From Eledone cirrhosa (taxonomy: Eukaryota), in contig CAXHJY010001510.1 in the NCBI GenBank assembly GCA_964016885.1, forward strand, positions 18,205 to 82,204: a stretch of 64,000 bases of DNA. The letters run 5' to 3'. How positions within the stretch are numbered: the first letter of the stretch is position 1; the number at the start of each line of letters is the position of its first letter. Position numbers and translations under genes: made by a program. The notes under the pieces are model-generated. The model was not told the origin of the DNA. It saw nothing but the letters and a program-made list of their open reading frames with translations, and ran no database searches. Shown here in pieces: positions 27,228 to 41,959 of this stretch.

Positions 27228-27745
27228 ACCACCAGTACTAGCGCTGTACAGTGACCACCGCCGCCACCACCACCACCAGTACTAGCGCTGTACAAATGAC
27301 CACCGCCACCATCACCAGTACTAGTGCTGTACAGTGACCAACGCCACTACCACCACCAGTACTAGTGCTGTACAAATGACCACCGCCACCACCATCACCA
27401 GTACTAGTGCTGTACAAATGACCACCGCCACCACCAACACCACCATCACCAGTACTAGTGCTGTACAAATGACCACCACCACCACCACCAGTACTAGCGC
27501 TGTACAGTGACCACCGCCACCACCACCACCATCACCAGTACTAGCGCTGTACAAATGACCACCGCCACCACCATCACCAGTACTAGCGCTGTACAGTGAC
27601 CACCGCCACCACCAACACCACCACCATCACCAGTACTAGTGCTGTACAAATGACCACCGCCACCACCATCACCAGTACTAGCGCTGTACAGTGACCACCG
27701 CCACCACCACCACCATCACCAGTACTAGTGCTGTACAAATGACCA
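27228..27745. repeat. Minisatellite CACCAGTACTAG(C/T)GCTGTACA(A/G)TGACCACCGCCAC(CAC)n, about 12 copies
   Basis: Directly visible tandem units of about 40 bp. Confidence 0.9.
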
Positions 27746-28531
27746 GCGCTGCTGTTAAGTCACAGACTTAGTAAAAGTTTTCGGCTTTATTTAGCCACAG
27801 GTCATTGCTGATCGTCGCAAGACCAGTCTAGCTTTCACTAACCAATATTTACTTCCGCGTTTTTAAAAATTGTTTTTACCGTAAAGACAACAGTGTATGA
27901 TTTGAGATTTGACTGCTATTTTTAGGAGGTAAAGCAAGCACATAGAGGCACACGTTCTTTGGATCTAAGTTTGTAAAGTTGTTGTTGCTGTCGTTTTTTT
28001 TTTTTTGTTTTTTTGGTCACAGGTAATTTATGACGGAGCTACCTATAAATTCTAGGTGCAAATAGTTTATCTCAAAACTACTATATCGCTCTGACAATGT
28101 GTTCTTCCTCTTTTGGTGGGGGTTTTAGAGATAAAGAGAGGTGTGTGACTGCTCTTTCTAGCATGTCCCCCGACCACCAAGCTTCACGGGTTAGTTTAAA
28201 GTTAAAAGACCATGAGGAGTTGTAGACATGAACCAGCTTCAATGACAGTCAGAGATTTTCTAAGCACTGCATGTAGTAGAAATAGATAGATAGATATATA
28301 TATATATAGAGAGAGAGAGAGAGGCGACATCTCTCAATGACATCCCACGGAGAATACTACTACTACTACTACTACTACTACAGCGTAATACACGCATATC
28401 CATAATATATTTATATATACATATATACATAATATATATATATATATACACACATATATATATATACACACACACACACACATATATATATATAAATATA
28501 TATATATACACACACATATATAAATATATAT

Positions 28532-28603
<72 letters not shown>

Positions 28604-29286
28604 GCACCGAACGCAAGCACATCTTTCTCCCTCTCTAACACTTTCTATCTATCTGTCTCTCTCTCTATATATATATATATATATCACAAACATGCTTCTA
28701 CGCACACATGATATAATCAAACATGCACACACACGCACACATTGTAATTGATAGATAGATAAAATGAGAGAGAGAGAGAGTGTGTGTGTGTAAGAGAGAG
28801 AGAGTGTGTGTGTAAGACCGTACTGCCACACCAGCCAGCAAGAGAGATAGTGCGCCAAATGTAAAGTACGGTAGTACTACAACTATCTCCACCACCACTA
28901 CTACTAGTAGTACTATTACTACTACTAGTACTACTACTACTGCACTAACACCGCCACTCCCACTCACCGTTTCTAGACCACTAACATTACCACTACTACC
29001 ATCAGTATCACTACTACTACTACTACTGCTGCTGCTGCTCTAGTGATACTACGATCACCACCACCACTACTACTACTATAACTACGACTACTACCACTAC
29101 AGCTGCTGCTGCTGATAACGCGGCCACCACTACTACGACCACGACTACCACTACTACTACCACTACTACTACTATTGTAACAACCACTATTACAACCACC
29201 ACCACCACTACTATTAGAATTAGAACTGTCAGCGTGCTTAAGTGTTATCAACACAGTGTGTGCCAAGAGAGAGAACGAGTATATAT

Positions 29287-29328
<42 letters not shown>

Positions 29329-29441
29329 AAATATATATATTTTATATATTACCGTGGATATTTTCTTAAAGAAGAAATACCAGGAACAACAACAAAAAAG
29401 AAACGGAACGAAAAATTTAACACAAACATATATATATATAT

Positions 29442-29500
<59 letters not shown>

Positions 29501-30459
29501 TTGCTACCTTTTTACTTTGGTGCCCAGAATTTTTGATTATACATACATATATATATATATATATATAAAGCGGTTTTTTGTTTTGTGTGGTGCTTTTCTC
29601 ATTGGGGGGTCCCAGCGCTAAGGATTATTTACCCGCGCATATACATACATACATATACATATGTATATACTCGCCCGATCATACGTATATAATTGTATAT
29701 ACACAATCGTGATTATGTAATTTTTAACAACAAACGCAAAGGAAAGGAATATACATACGTACCCGCGCGCACATGTACACATAAGACTAAAAATATACAT
29801 AATACATAATATATATTTATACATACACACATATATATATATATATTTACAAGTATATATACATATATATTTATGTGTGTGTGTGTCTGTTATATATGAA
29901 ATCTATTGACATGATGTGTGTGTGTGGAGTTTTAACGGAGATTTTTCGATATGCCACTTGACTAACAAACATTGGAACACATGTATGTTTACAAGACGTA
30001 TCCGGTATATATATAAATATATATACATATATACACACATATATATATTAACGTGTGTGTATATGTGTATGTAATGTATGTGTGTGTATAATTAATATAC
30101 ATACACTTTAATATGCTTGTACCAAGCAATGAAGGAGAAAAAATTGCATGAAAAATACTTCATCTTTGCTTAAGTTAATACTGAAGATGGATCCGTCTAT
30201 TTGACACAGAAACGGTGGTATTTCAGAATTTTATTCCGTCGATCTATCATTATAAGCTACCTACCTCTATTATACACATAAATATATGTATACATACACA
30301 TATAAATATACACACACATATGATACAAATATATACTTATATAAACACAACACACGCACAGTACACATCTATCTATAAATACACATACACACATATATAA
30401 TTATATATATACACACACATACATATACAAATAAATATTTATATATAAACACAACACGC

Positions 30460-30513
<54 letters not shown>

Positions 30514-30658
30514 TACATATAACGATGGATATGCGTGTATATATTGTATATATTTATGAAGACTTTAAAAACGAATTGCTGAAATTTGGTTGAAAATTAA
30601 AAATTTCTCTCGAACACGAGTGGATCGTATGGATATTTATATTTAATTCTATTTCCTG

Positions 30659-30717
<59 letters not shown>

Positions 30718-30725
30718 AATATATT

Positions 30726-30761
<36 letters not shown>

Positions 30762-30787
30762 CAAAGGTCCGACGAGAAAAAATATAT

Positions 30788-30832
<45 letters not shown>

Positions 30833-31170
30833 AAACAAGGAGGAAGGATGGCCTGGAACTCTTACCATTTCACTAACAACAATAAATATACTCATCTGTG
30901 TAAGTTACTTAAATATAATTTTATAATTCTTGACGAAATGAAACGGAAAATAAGATTGTGAAAAAAAATATATATATATATATATATTTTTTAAAAATCA
31001 CAGTAAAAAGCAAAAACAAAAATTATATAACACACATTTCGTAACAGGCCACAGTTATTGCTGCATACTATTATAAACATAGCAGATATATACATATTAC
31101 ATATACACCTTGTTATCCTAAACACACACACGCACTTATATATATATAAACACACCACATATAACATTGT

Positions 31171-31220
<50 letters not shown>

Positions 31221-31328
31221 CACATATAACATATACATATACGCTATCCTAAACACACACACACACACGCATATATATATATATAAACACCACATATAAC
31301 ATTGTACACATACACATCACAGCACTAA

Positions 31329-31359
<31 letters not shown>

Positions 31360-31658
31360 CACACACCACACATATATATATACACATACACACTACATAT
31401 AGCATTGTATACATATACACCTTACAACAATAAACACACACGCACCGTACTATTATAAACATACCATAACACTACAGTACACACACACGCACCATACTAT
31501 TATAAACATACCATAACACTATAGTACACACACACGCACCATACTATCCCAAAACACTACAACATTATATACATCATACTCTCCTAAACACACCATACTA
31601 TTTTGTATACATCACACAACACTATATATATATACCATATAGCAATAAATACATTAGG

Positions 31659-31698
<40 letters not shown>

Positions 31699-31755
31699 TC
31701 GATGATTTCTAAAGAATGAAACAGTTCTAGTCCTGTAGAATCTCATCTATATTAA

Positions 31756-31802
<47 letters not shown>

Positions 31803-32043
31803 AACATCACATAACTAGAACCAGTCTACGTTAATCACATTTATATATACACAGCTCAGAAAGAAATATTACACCACGTTGTATACACGCGTCACACTAT
31901 AATATACACATCAACGGAATCGTACCATACCCATACATTATATACGCACTTAGTATGGTTCGTGTGTGTATATATGTACTACATCACACTCTACATTAGT
32001 ATAAACACATACAATAACAGTACACACACACACGCACACATAT

Positions 32044-32078
<35 letters not shown>

Positions 32079-32221
32079 CACTTACATCAACAAAATTACG
32101 TGTACCACACCACCACGTCCCACAATGTTATCAACACAATTAATATTAACTAACAAGCACTTGCTAAACACCCTAACCTTAACCAAACAAAACAACACAT
32201 ATACATAGAATAAAAGCCTGT

Positions 32222-32306
<85 letters not shown>

Positions 32307-32698
32307 GACACACACATATATATATATATGTCTATATATACATATATACATCTAAACACGCCAGATATATGTGTGTTCTTTTTAAAAATATAAATACATG
32401 CTTTGAAAGCAAGAAACGTATATATAAATATATATATGTATATATAAAATATATATTATTGAAATAAAGACGAATTAAAAGGAGGAATGGAATAAAATTT
32501 GAACGAAATTGGATCTACATTTATCAAAGGTTGTTAAAGAATCATTTTTGTGAAAGGAGTAAAAAAAAAAAAAAAAGAGAGAATTTTGTTTTTAAATTTC
32601 TGCAACAATAATAATAAAAATAATTTTTAATCATCATCATCGTCATCAACATCAACATCGTTATAATTATATAAAAATTGATAATTAAAACATTCACT

Positions 32699-33097
32699 AT
32701 GGATATAGAATCGAAACTGGCTTCTCCGGATGACGTGGACCCAAGTTTTAAACCACAGATGCGTGTTCGTTCCAACACTTGGCCCCTACGACCTCAGGAA
32801 GTTAGCTCCGGCGACGGACCCGATCCACAGAACAGTCCGTTGCACGAGGAAGCTGTATGTCCGGTCGCTATAGGCGACAGTGGCACCCCAGGTAAAGATG
32901 CCTTGTCTGTCAACAACAAAAAGTCGTCATCTAGAAGGAATGCGTGGGGCAACCTGTCGTACGCTGATCTTATAACCAAAGCCATACAAAGTTCCCCGGA
33001 GCAACGACTAACCTTGTCGCAAATTTATGAATGGATGGTTCAAAACGTGCCCTATTTTAAGGATAAAGGAGACAGCACGAGCTCTGCAGGATGGAAG
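32699..33097 (+). CDS. FoxO: Forkhead box protein O, first coding exon (133 codons, phase-0 donor)
   Basis: MDIESK...[14 protein letters not shown] (Akt/14-3-3 site) and forkhead N-half [58 protein letters not shown]. It is followed by AAG|GTTAGT at the conserved FoxO intron position (AGWK|NSIRH). The next exon was not seen in the window. Confidence 0.97.
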
Positions 33098-33849
33098 GTT
33101 AGTATCTCAAAACTCCTTTTTAAAATTAAAAAAAAAAAAATTATGTCTTTTTTTTCAATTTAATTTAATATATTTATTTACATGTGAAACACAACACACA
33201 ACCTCATTCCACATTTCTTTTTGTATTTATATATTTACATGAACATTTCGTATTTATAATTCAATATACAACACCAGTCATATATGCGTTGGCTTGTGTC
33301 AGACGCTGTGACCCCGGGTGGGCCAGCAGTACCGTTGGTAGGGGTCGAAACTGCCAAAGTCCACCCCAACGGCCGATGACCCCGGAGTTCTCTGTCCTTC
33401 GTTTTTATTTTTAAAAGATAATTTTTTAAGGTTTCTCCCTTAAAAAAAATTTGTTTTTCGTTCGTTGTCTTGTCCTCTCTATTATTTTTCTTAAATAAAT
33501 AAATATATATATATACACACCATAATAGTAGTGATCGACTAGTATATATATATATATTTATTCATATACACACAACACTCACACGTGTGTGTGCGTATGT
33601 ATACATATATACACTCTGTATATATATATATACATTCATTTCTATTTGTAGTAATTTTGGGGTTTCGATTTTGCTCCGCCCCATCTGATAACTCGTGTGT
33701 GCCCACATGTGTATGTATACATCGAGTTACGCTTGAGGGTGGAGCGAGGCAACGTGTAAGAAAGTTACGGCATTTTTGTATTCATTATTTAAAGAATTCC
33801 TGTATGTAGTATCTTGTGTTGTATTATTAACGAAACATATCCAACATTT

Positions 33850-33885
<36 letters not shown>

Positions 33886-34459
33886 TTAATATAGAAATGG
33901 CTTCTACAGAACTAGAACTGTTTCATTCGGGATATATATATATAATTTCGTTTTTAAATATAAAAACTGGAAGGAAATAGGTGTACAAGTTAAAACAGCT
34001 CAAAATACACTAATTTATTATAATAAACAGTACATAAGGCTGCGTAGCATACTTCCTTTAAATTTTTTCAAACAAGCATGTGTATAAAATCCTATTGTGT
34101 TGAAAATAATTACGCGTGAAGCAAATTATTCATTAAAGTATTAGCAAATGGTACATGTTTAGCTTATATTTCGTCTGAAGGTTTAATAATAGTAATAATA
34201 ATAATGATATTAAACATACCAGTAATATGCCAAGGGTTCTATCCTGTCTGATCCAATCAATTTTACACGCCTCCTAAATTATTTGACCGTGTCATATTGT
34301 TAGAAGAAAAACGAAAGAGAAAAAAAACTTATTTTCCGTTTTAATCATTTACGTAAACGACCCTTCCCCTTTTTTACTGTTTCTCTATATTTCTATCGTT
34401 CTACATGGTTCCGGCCACAGTGGCCCTTAAGGAAATAAAAAAAAGGGGGGGGGGACTGG

Positions 34460-35695
34460 GCTGTAGCTTGACAGAATCGGTAGATCGCCCGACAAATTGT
34501 TATTGCGTGATCGATAAAAATAACGTTATCAGTCAAGTACTGTGGGTCGATATATTAAATTGATTTAGTCTCTCCTCACCACTCACCCGTATTGATAGCT
34601 GTGTGTCATTGTTAGAGAGAAATTGTTATAGTAAAGGACTGTAAGATTTGCAAAATCGGTAGAGCGTCCGACAAAATACCATTGCAGTAGTTAGTTCTTT
34701 ACGTTTTGAGTTCAAATCCCACCGAGGTCAGGTCGATAGAATAAAGTACCAGGGTCAATTTAATCGACTTTCTCCCCCCCCCCCCCATCCTTCCCTTCAA
34801 AGTATCGGTCTTGGGCCAAAGTAGAAACAACTATAAGATTTGCAGAATCGGTAGAGTGTCGTGTCGTAGAGAAATGCCATTGCGGTATCTAGGTAGAGTT
34901 CTTTACGTGTTGAGTTCAAATCCCATTGAGGTCAAACTTCACCTTTCACCATTTCAGAACCAATAAAATAAAGTACCAGTCGACTACTGGGATCTTTATA
35001 ATCGATTTGGTCCCTTATACCCCCCAGAGCCAATAGAATAAAGTACCAGTCGACTACTGGGATCTTTATAATCGATTCGGTCCCTTATACCCCCCAGAGC
35101 CAATAGAATAAAGTACCAGTCGACTACTGGGATCGTTATAATCGATTCGGTCCCTTATACCCCCCAGAGCCAATAGAATAAAGTACCAGTCGACTACTGG
35201 GATCGTTATAATCGATTCGGTCCCTTATACCCCCCAGAGCCAATAGAATAAAGTACCAGTCGAATACTGGGGTCAGTATAATCAATTTGTCCCTTAGACC
35301 CCTCCTCCGACTCCATCCGCCACTTTCACTCACAAATTGTTGGCCTCGTGCCAAAATCTGGAACTGTTATTATAATTGCAAAGGGCGGTGGGTTGGCAGC
35401 ATTAGTAGAGGGTCGGACGCCATGCCTAGAAGCACAGAGTTACGTCTCTTTACGGTCTGAGTTAAAATCCCGCCGAGGTTAACTTTGCCTTTCATCCTTA
35501 CGGGGGGGGGGGGGGGGGGTCGATAAAATAAAGTACCAGTAATGTACTGGAGCATAGAGTTACGTCCCTTTACGGTCTGAGTTAAAATCCTGCCGAGGTT
35601 AACTTTGCCTTTCATCCTTACGGGGTCGATAAAATAAAGTACCAGTAATGTACTGGGTTAATCGCTGGCCTTGTGCCAAAAGTAGAAACAATTAT
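34460..35695 (+). mobile_element. Head-to-tail SINE cluster with an internal 70-bp tandem amplification
   Basis: At least five SINE heads. 70-bp units start at 34961, 35031, 35101, 35171 and 35241; partial duplication at 35430-35660. Confidence 0.85.
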
Positions 35696-35975
35696 TATAA
35701 TAACAAAGTGATGGTGATGTCGTGGCTTAGGATGTCAAATGTGCCACTAATATGTCGTTCTAATATTTTACGTTCGATTCCTGGTGGGTCGATTTATTTA
35801 TTTTCCTTTTATTGTTTTTTTGTTGTTGTTATTTGTTCAGTTCTTTCTCATCGTTTTTTATTTTTAGTCCTCTGCTATTTATATATGTGAATTAAGGCCC
35901 TTCTTGCTATATCAAGCGTTAACCTAATATATCCCTTCCATATACTGTACCGATTGTGTTGTTATTTCTGTTTAC

Positions 35976-36009
<34 letters not shown>

Positions 36010-36010
<1 letters not shown>

Positions 36011-36108
36011 AGAGTGTCCCCAAAAATTTATACACACAGGCTGTGCATTCTAATAAATATTGCCTGTACAGGATATCAAAGTGTGTATACGTTTTTTGGG
36101 ACACCCTA
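36010..36108. mobile_element. Short Tc1/mariner-type MITE
   Basis: TIRs CAGAGTGTCCCCAAAAATTTATACACAC / GTGTGTATACGTTTTTTGGGACACCCTA, in a TA context. Confidence 0.6.
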
Positions 36109-36139
<31 letters not shown>

Positions 36140-36188
36140 GTAATAATAATAAATTTGAAGACTAAAATCCAAAGAGGGCTCGATATGG

Positions 36189-36232
<44 letters not shown>

Positions 36233-36287
36233 GAAAATGAACGAACAAAACACAGGAGGCAATTGTACACAGTTATATTAGGTCCAC

Positions 36288-36319
<32 letters not shown>

Positions 36320-36368
36320 GGGAGTGTAACTGTAGGTATACAAGCATACACATACCTGTCTCACTCTG

Positions 36369-36412
<44 letters not shown>

Positions 36413-37834
36413 TGTGACTAAAAAATTATATATATGTGTGTATATATATATTTATTTTTATGCTATGACTGTTTTAGTTCTTCAGATGAATTCATATTGT
36501 GTGAAAATTATATTAAATTATAATTAAAAAATATAAGTTAAGGCATTCTTAAAATTCTTCTAGCACATGTCCCTACAAAGATAAGGAGAAAAATTATAGG
36601 AGAGGAATAAAAATGGTAAAATAAAAAACTCGCTCAAGCTCCATTATATATATATATATATATATTTATGTGTGTGTGTGTGTGTGTATATTATAACCTG
36701 AGTATTGACATGAGGAATTTGGTATTAAACATTAATCCTACTCAATCATATATATTATAAGAATTCTCTGCCCTACAATCGTGAGGTTGTGAGTTCGATT
36801 TTTTTGGTGACACCCTGTGACATTGGTCTGTGTCTAGGAAAAAGACAGGATGATCATGATTGGATTGTATTTAATTATGCGTCTACTTAATCATGACTGA
36901 CTTATCTGAGAAAAAAAAACTAACAACAGCGCCTTATTAAAAATTTAGGCTTGTTAAAGAAATAACCCTTAAACTACACCCCGACCATCTTTAAAAAACA
37001 GCATTGGACATATTGGTTAATTTAGAAAAAGAAAATCGACAGGATAGTCATGGAAAGAATGCCTTTGATCATAGGTCGGTGTGAATACTCGTAGCTGACC
37101 TGGGGTTAAATAACAACAACGAAGACGGTGACTTGAAAAATATGTTGCACATAAAAACAAGGTGTATTTCGTAACACGTGGTGGAACTTATATTTAAAAG
37201 AATGTGTATATCTTTGTGTTGTTATTGTTATGGTTGTTTACTTGTGTGCCTAACCTTATCTAGCTAACCCTTGGACCAACGACATTCCAGCCATAGCCAT
37301 CCCGTCTTCTTAAAAGCTACCTATAACTGCTACGTTATCTAATGTGTCCTTCCTGTTCATTTGTATTTTGGGTTGTTTATTTTTTTGTTTTTTAAAGATG
37401 ATATTGTGATGTTAGGGAAGCTTTGGCTGTTATCTCGAGCAGGTCACGTCTCCTTGTAGAGGATCCCTTGAACCCCTTTATTATCCTTTATTAGTTAACA
37501 CGGGATGGTCACGACCGGATTACCTATAGAGGTCTTGCTCGATCAGAGCTCACCTGGACGTTGACACTAACAACAAACAGCAACAAACTTAACTGTTGTT
37601 GTTTATTTAGCCCTAGGTCAGACACCTTAATGGGACGTTCCAACTGTGACCATCTCGCTGTGTAGGTCTGATTTGCCTTGCATTACGTTATCCAATTTTT
37701 CTGTTTCTTTTTAATATAATAGTGTGTGATATGAAGGGGATTTTGCTAATATTTCTAGCATGTCAAATGACCATGTAACGATTTTTCCTCGTGGCTATGT
37801 TTTGTTTTGATCTGCTGATATGTGTGTATGTATG

Positions 37835-37905
<71 letters not shown>

Positions 37906-38429
37906 TCCCCTCACTAAAGGTTTTCTACCTAAATCCTTGCAGTAATTCAACCCTCACCTCTTTTTCTTTCCTTCTCCCGGTTCTACAACTCGGACATTTC
38001 AAATCCAAGCACAGCTGCACACGGACGGAGCATTCACCTCTTCCACAGTGCTCCCACTGCTTACGACCGGTTGCTGACTCACTCCTCTCGCTAGTTTCGT
38101 GTAGGAGTGATGGTGGGGCTCATTTGACACTTCAACCGCTTCTTGTGGGTAGTTCGTGTGGCCTAGTTGTTACGGCGCTGAATTGGACTCACGATCACAA
38201 GGTTGTGTGTTCGATTTCTGAACCGCGCAGTGGGTTGTGTTCTTGAGTAAGTTACTTTATTTCACATTGGTTTTTTATGGTAGGATTGAAGTGGGGCCCT
38301 CTTCCCCCCATCCAGAAGATTCCTATGAGATAGATTACAAACAGTGTCTAGGTTAGGGTCACCCTCCCACGGGGCTTCATTTTAAAATCATTTTTATTTT
38401 ATCATGAGTTTTTATTTTTTAACACCAAA

Positions 38430-38620
38430 ACATCCTAAAGATATTTTTTCCAATTCCACCCCGCTCGTCCCTTCAATCTATTTTTTTTCTCATTCTTTCT
38501 TCTGATGAAGGACTAGCGTCCGAAACGTTAAGACCCTCTTCCTGCTATTGCAAGCGTTAACCTAATATATCCCTTCCATATACTGTACCGATTGTGTTGT
38601 TATTTCTGTTTACCTTTTAC
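38430..38620 (+). mobile_element. Family C hammerhead element
   Basis: HHR 38498-38533: TCTT-CTGATGA-A-GGAC TAGC GTCC-GAAA-CGTT-AAGA. Copies at 35897-35980 (tail only), 47751-47900 (-) and 48490-48670; a degenerate relative lies at 20826-20860. Confidence 0.82.
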
Positions 38621-38642
38621 ACAGACACACACACATATATAT

Positions 38643-38719
<77 letters not shown>

Positions 38720-38722
<3 letters not shown>

Positions 38723-38850
38723 CGAAGGAAGTGTGGTAAGGAACCAGGTGGACCATAACGCATCAGAGTACTCAATACTTAGGGTAGTAGAGTGGGTAAT
38801 AGGGAAATGTTCAAGACCACGGCGGCAGAGCTCGAGCCGTTTCGACTGAA
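38720..38850 (-). mobile_element. Family E element (partial hammerhead: GAAA-stem III-GUC)
   Basis: Shares GTCGAAACGGCT(C/T)GAGCTC(A/T)GCCG and the CCTATTACCCACTCTACTACCCTAAGTA tail with 51088-51400 and 54540-54668; the first motif also occurs at 42710-42890 and 63924-63970. Confidence 0.65.
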
Positions 38851-39546
38851 GTATGTAAACATTTTGGGGGGACACCTTGTGTGTGTGTATATATATATGT
38901 CTGTGTATATATATTTTATTCTTTATCATTAACATTAATATAAAACAAATGATAATTATATCTTTTTAGAGAAGGGCCTCAGATTTCATAGAGTTTAGGG
39001 CCTTAGCAAGTGAAAGTCCTGCCCTGGTGTGGACTGTAATACAACACAACAACGACACATGAACACGCAGTAAAGATGGTGTACCGATACAATCAGCTCA
39101 CCCCAGACCTGTCAACTCCCCCCGTCCGACGAGGAGATCTCCTACCCACTTTGGAGTGGGTGAGAGATGTCTGCTCTTGTCAAAATGGGTATAGCTTTCA
39201 TTATGTAAAATCTCCCCATTTTGCCTGATTTCTCCCCGTTTTGGGGCACTTTTTTTCATGGTACTCCTCGTTTGGGTTTTTAGAGGTTGGCAAGTCTGCA
39301 CCCCTACCTGCTCGTTTCTGGTCCAAATCTTTATATACTGATACCCTCAACCTTGATGTTAATTGTTGTCGTTTAGTACCAGGTCAGGGCAATGCCGGGC
39401 CTTCCAGCCGTGAAAATCTCATCTTTTATTCTCAGTCAAGGCATACATATCGTGTTTAACATAGAAATAGCTTTTACGGGACTAGAACTGTTTCATTCAA
39501 AAGAAATCATCAGGAAAGCCCTTACTTACTGTGGTTACCCCCGAAG

Positions 39547-39631
39547 GGTCTGACGAGCCGTGGATTACAGAGTCGGGCTAGATCGATACAGATCGAACCT
39601 TGAGCTGATCAGTGGCGAAACGCGCGTCACC
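39547..39631 (+). ncRNA. Canonical-core type I hammerhead with a long stem II insert (family F)
   Basis: GGT-CTGACGA-GCC[about 54 nt]GGC-GAAA-CGCGCG-TC-ACC, GUC triplet, AATAAA about 5 nt downstream. Confidence 0.75.
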
Positions 39632-40469
39632 AACCAATAAACGTAATGAAGGAGTAACCAATCGTCCTTGTTTTATTTTACTATATATATATATGACTAC
39701 ACAATTCAAAGTGTTCTTCGTTTAAAAAAAAAAGATTTGATTGAAACTTAGCTTCTATTTCTAGTGAATCAAATTTTCACTGGGAGGTTCGCTCTTTGAT
39801 TCTCGAATCCAATGTGTGACTTTCATTTTTAATAGGTTATAGTGTGAATTGATTAGAATTTAGTGTCTATTTCTTGCAGGTCGAAGGTCCAATTTGCTCT
39901 TTGAATCTCAAATTCAATGAGGTCCTTCCTTTTCAAGTAGATATATATTGTGTAATTTGAGTAGAATGTAGTATCTATTTCTAGCAGGTCGAATGTCCAC
40001 TTAGAGGCTTGCTCGTTGAATGTCGTTTAATTATTCAAGTATTTTCTATTACGTGCCCACGCATACAGTGCTGGTCACTTTGGTAACAAAACTCCGTTTT
40101 AACTCGAAGGATGGTATGTTATGTTACGTTTCGCCGCTGTTCCGTGTTTTCTACACAACCCCAAACGTTCTCAATATTTTTCTTGTTTATATACTTAAAA
40201 ACCATTATTGTCCAAGTCCCAAATCCCAATATATTTCTTTCATCCGTCGTAATCGCCTCTCAAGTAATATATATACGTCTAATGTACGGCTATTTAGGTT
40301 AATTAAAAAACTAAAACAAAACAACACAAACGAAACGAAGCCAAACACAAAATAAACTGCTTTCTGCGTGTTTTCTTACATATAAACACGCACACACGCA
40401 TATATATATACACACACACACATATATATACACACACACACATATATATATACACACACTCACATACAT

Positions 40470-40500
<31 letters not shown>

Positions 40501-40502
40501 CA

Positions 40503-40882
40503 CAGTAGTCCTCCGGTATTCGCGGGGGGTTACGTTCCTAGAGCACTCGCGAACAGTGAAAAACCGCGAACATCGGACGTGGTCCATAAAAATGCATATA
40601 AACGTCAAAATATAATGTAAAATATAATAATAAAAAAAAAGAGGGACCGTCTTATGCGAAGGGGCGTCCAATATGCCGGCAAGTACGGAATATTGTTATT
40701 AATAATTTAGCGTTAAAAATATATATTGCCACGTAAAAAGCCATAATAATAATCGCGGAAGATATTTACGATTCCGCGAATAAGCAGTGTTTTCCACGAA
40801 CACCGCTTATTCGCGTTATTTAGTTAGGTGTCTAAGGAAAGTTCCGCGAATAACCGGACTGCGAATGCTGGGGGGTACACTG
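40503..40882. mobile_element. Tigger/pogo-like (Tc1/mariner superfamily) MITE
   Basis: Imperfect TIRs CAGTAGTCCTCCGGTATTCGCGG ... CTGCGAATGCTGGGGGGTACACTG|TA; internal CCGCGAA subrepeats. Confidence 0.7.
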
Positions 40883-40904
40883 TATACATATATATATGTG
40901 TACA

Positions 40905-41580
40905 CACACTCACTCATAGGCGCAAGTGTCATCTGCTACAAAGTCTTAGATTCACCGATGCCATGAGTGTATGTGTGGAATTTGGTAGTGGGGGAAACTG
41001 CAGAAGCCCGCCCAGTGTATGTCCGTGCCCGTGTTAACGTTTGGGTGTGCCTGTCCTTGTGTCTCATAACTTAGCGGTTCGACAAACAAAGACTAAAGTA
41101 TCGAACTTGAGAAATATATACTGGGGGAGGGGGGGGGGGGTTCGATATGATCGACTGAGCCAAGGTAGTGCTCCAGCATGGCCTCGCAGTCTGCTGACTG
41201 AAAAAAGGAAATGAATCTGTGTGCATATATATATTTATGGAGACACATGGCTTAGTGGTTAGAGCATTGGCCTGGCAATCGAAAGGTTGTGAGTTCAATT
41301 CTCAGACCGGGTGATGTGTTGTTTCCTTGAGCAAGACACTTTATTTCACATTGCTCCAGTTTACTCAGCTGTAGAAATGAGATGATAGGGACTGGGGTAC
41401 ATATCATTCCACTGTAAAGTGGTCGTGGAGCTGCCACGGCAAAAAAGCACCCAGCACTCACTGTAAATGAGGTTGGTGTTAGGAAGGGCATCCAGCTGTA
41501 GAAATCAAGCCAGAATCAGTTCCCGTCCCACCCTTGCAAACAGGGAAAAGCGGACTTAAAACGAAATGATGATGATGTAC
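40905..41580 (+). mobile_element. Cluster of SINE-derived segments
   Basis: A SINE 3' tail at 41160-41205, a tRNA head plus CORE-like domain at 41240-41380, and a segment ending in (GAT)n at 41575. Confidence 0.65.
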
Positions 41581-41959
41581 TCTACAAAATTATAGAAGTC
41601 ATGTCTAAGAAATATATATAGCTGATCTCTCGGACTTTTACGAAGCGCTGAGGGGATAAATTTAATATAGATTGTGGTGTGTTCATGCGCGGAGATGTTA
41701 TGAAATAGGGTGATGCAAAGTGGTCGTGAAGTTCACCCAGTTCACTCAGCTGTAGAAATGAGTTTACCCAGCTATGGGCCAAATAGCCTCACCAACTCAC
41801 AATTGGCCAAGCATGGTGGGTACGGCCTACACCCCTGACATGACCAAAACCAACACAGAAAATGGTGGATGTCAATGAGGGAGGGGTTCCTCCGGTAGGA
41901 GTGAAAAGGCCCTGGATTGAATGTATTCAAAATTATTTTTTAAAAAGTCAAGGATATGA

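Noticed and set aside
29986-29992. TGTTTAC FoxO site upstream of FoxO (autoregulation)
   Set aside because: A single 7-mer is expected by chance in AT-rich DNA and recurs elsewhere in the window.
30175-30226. CTGAAGA...GAAACGGTGGTA motif
   Set aside because: Stems I and II pair poorly; at best a decayed copy, so not counted.
32678-32698. TTG-started N-terminal extension of FoxO
   Set aside because: The ORF finder used an alternative start codon; the first ATG is at 32699.
33098-33163. ORF extension [14 protein letters not shown] after AGWK
   Set aside because: Read-through past the conserved GT donor into the intron.
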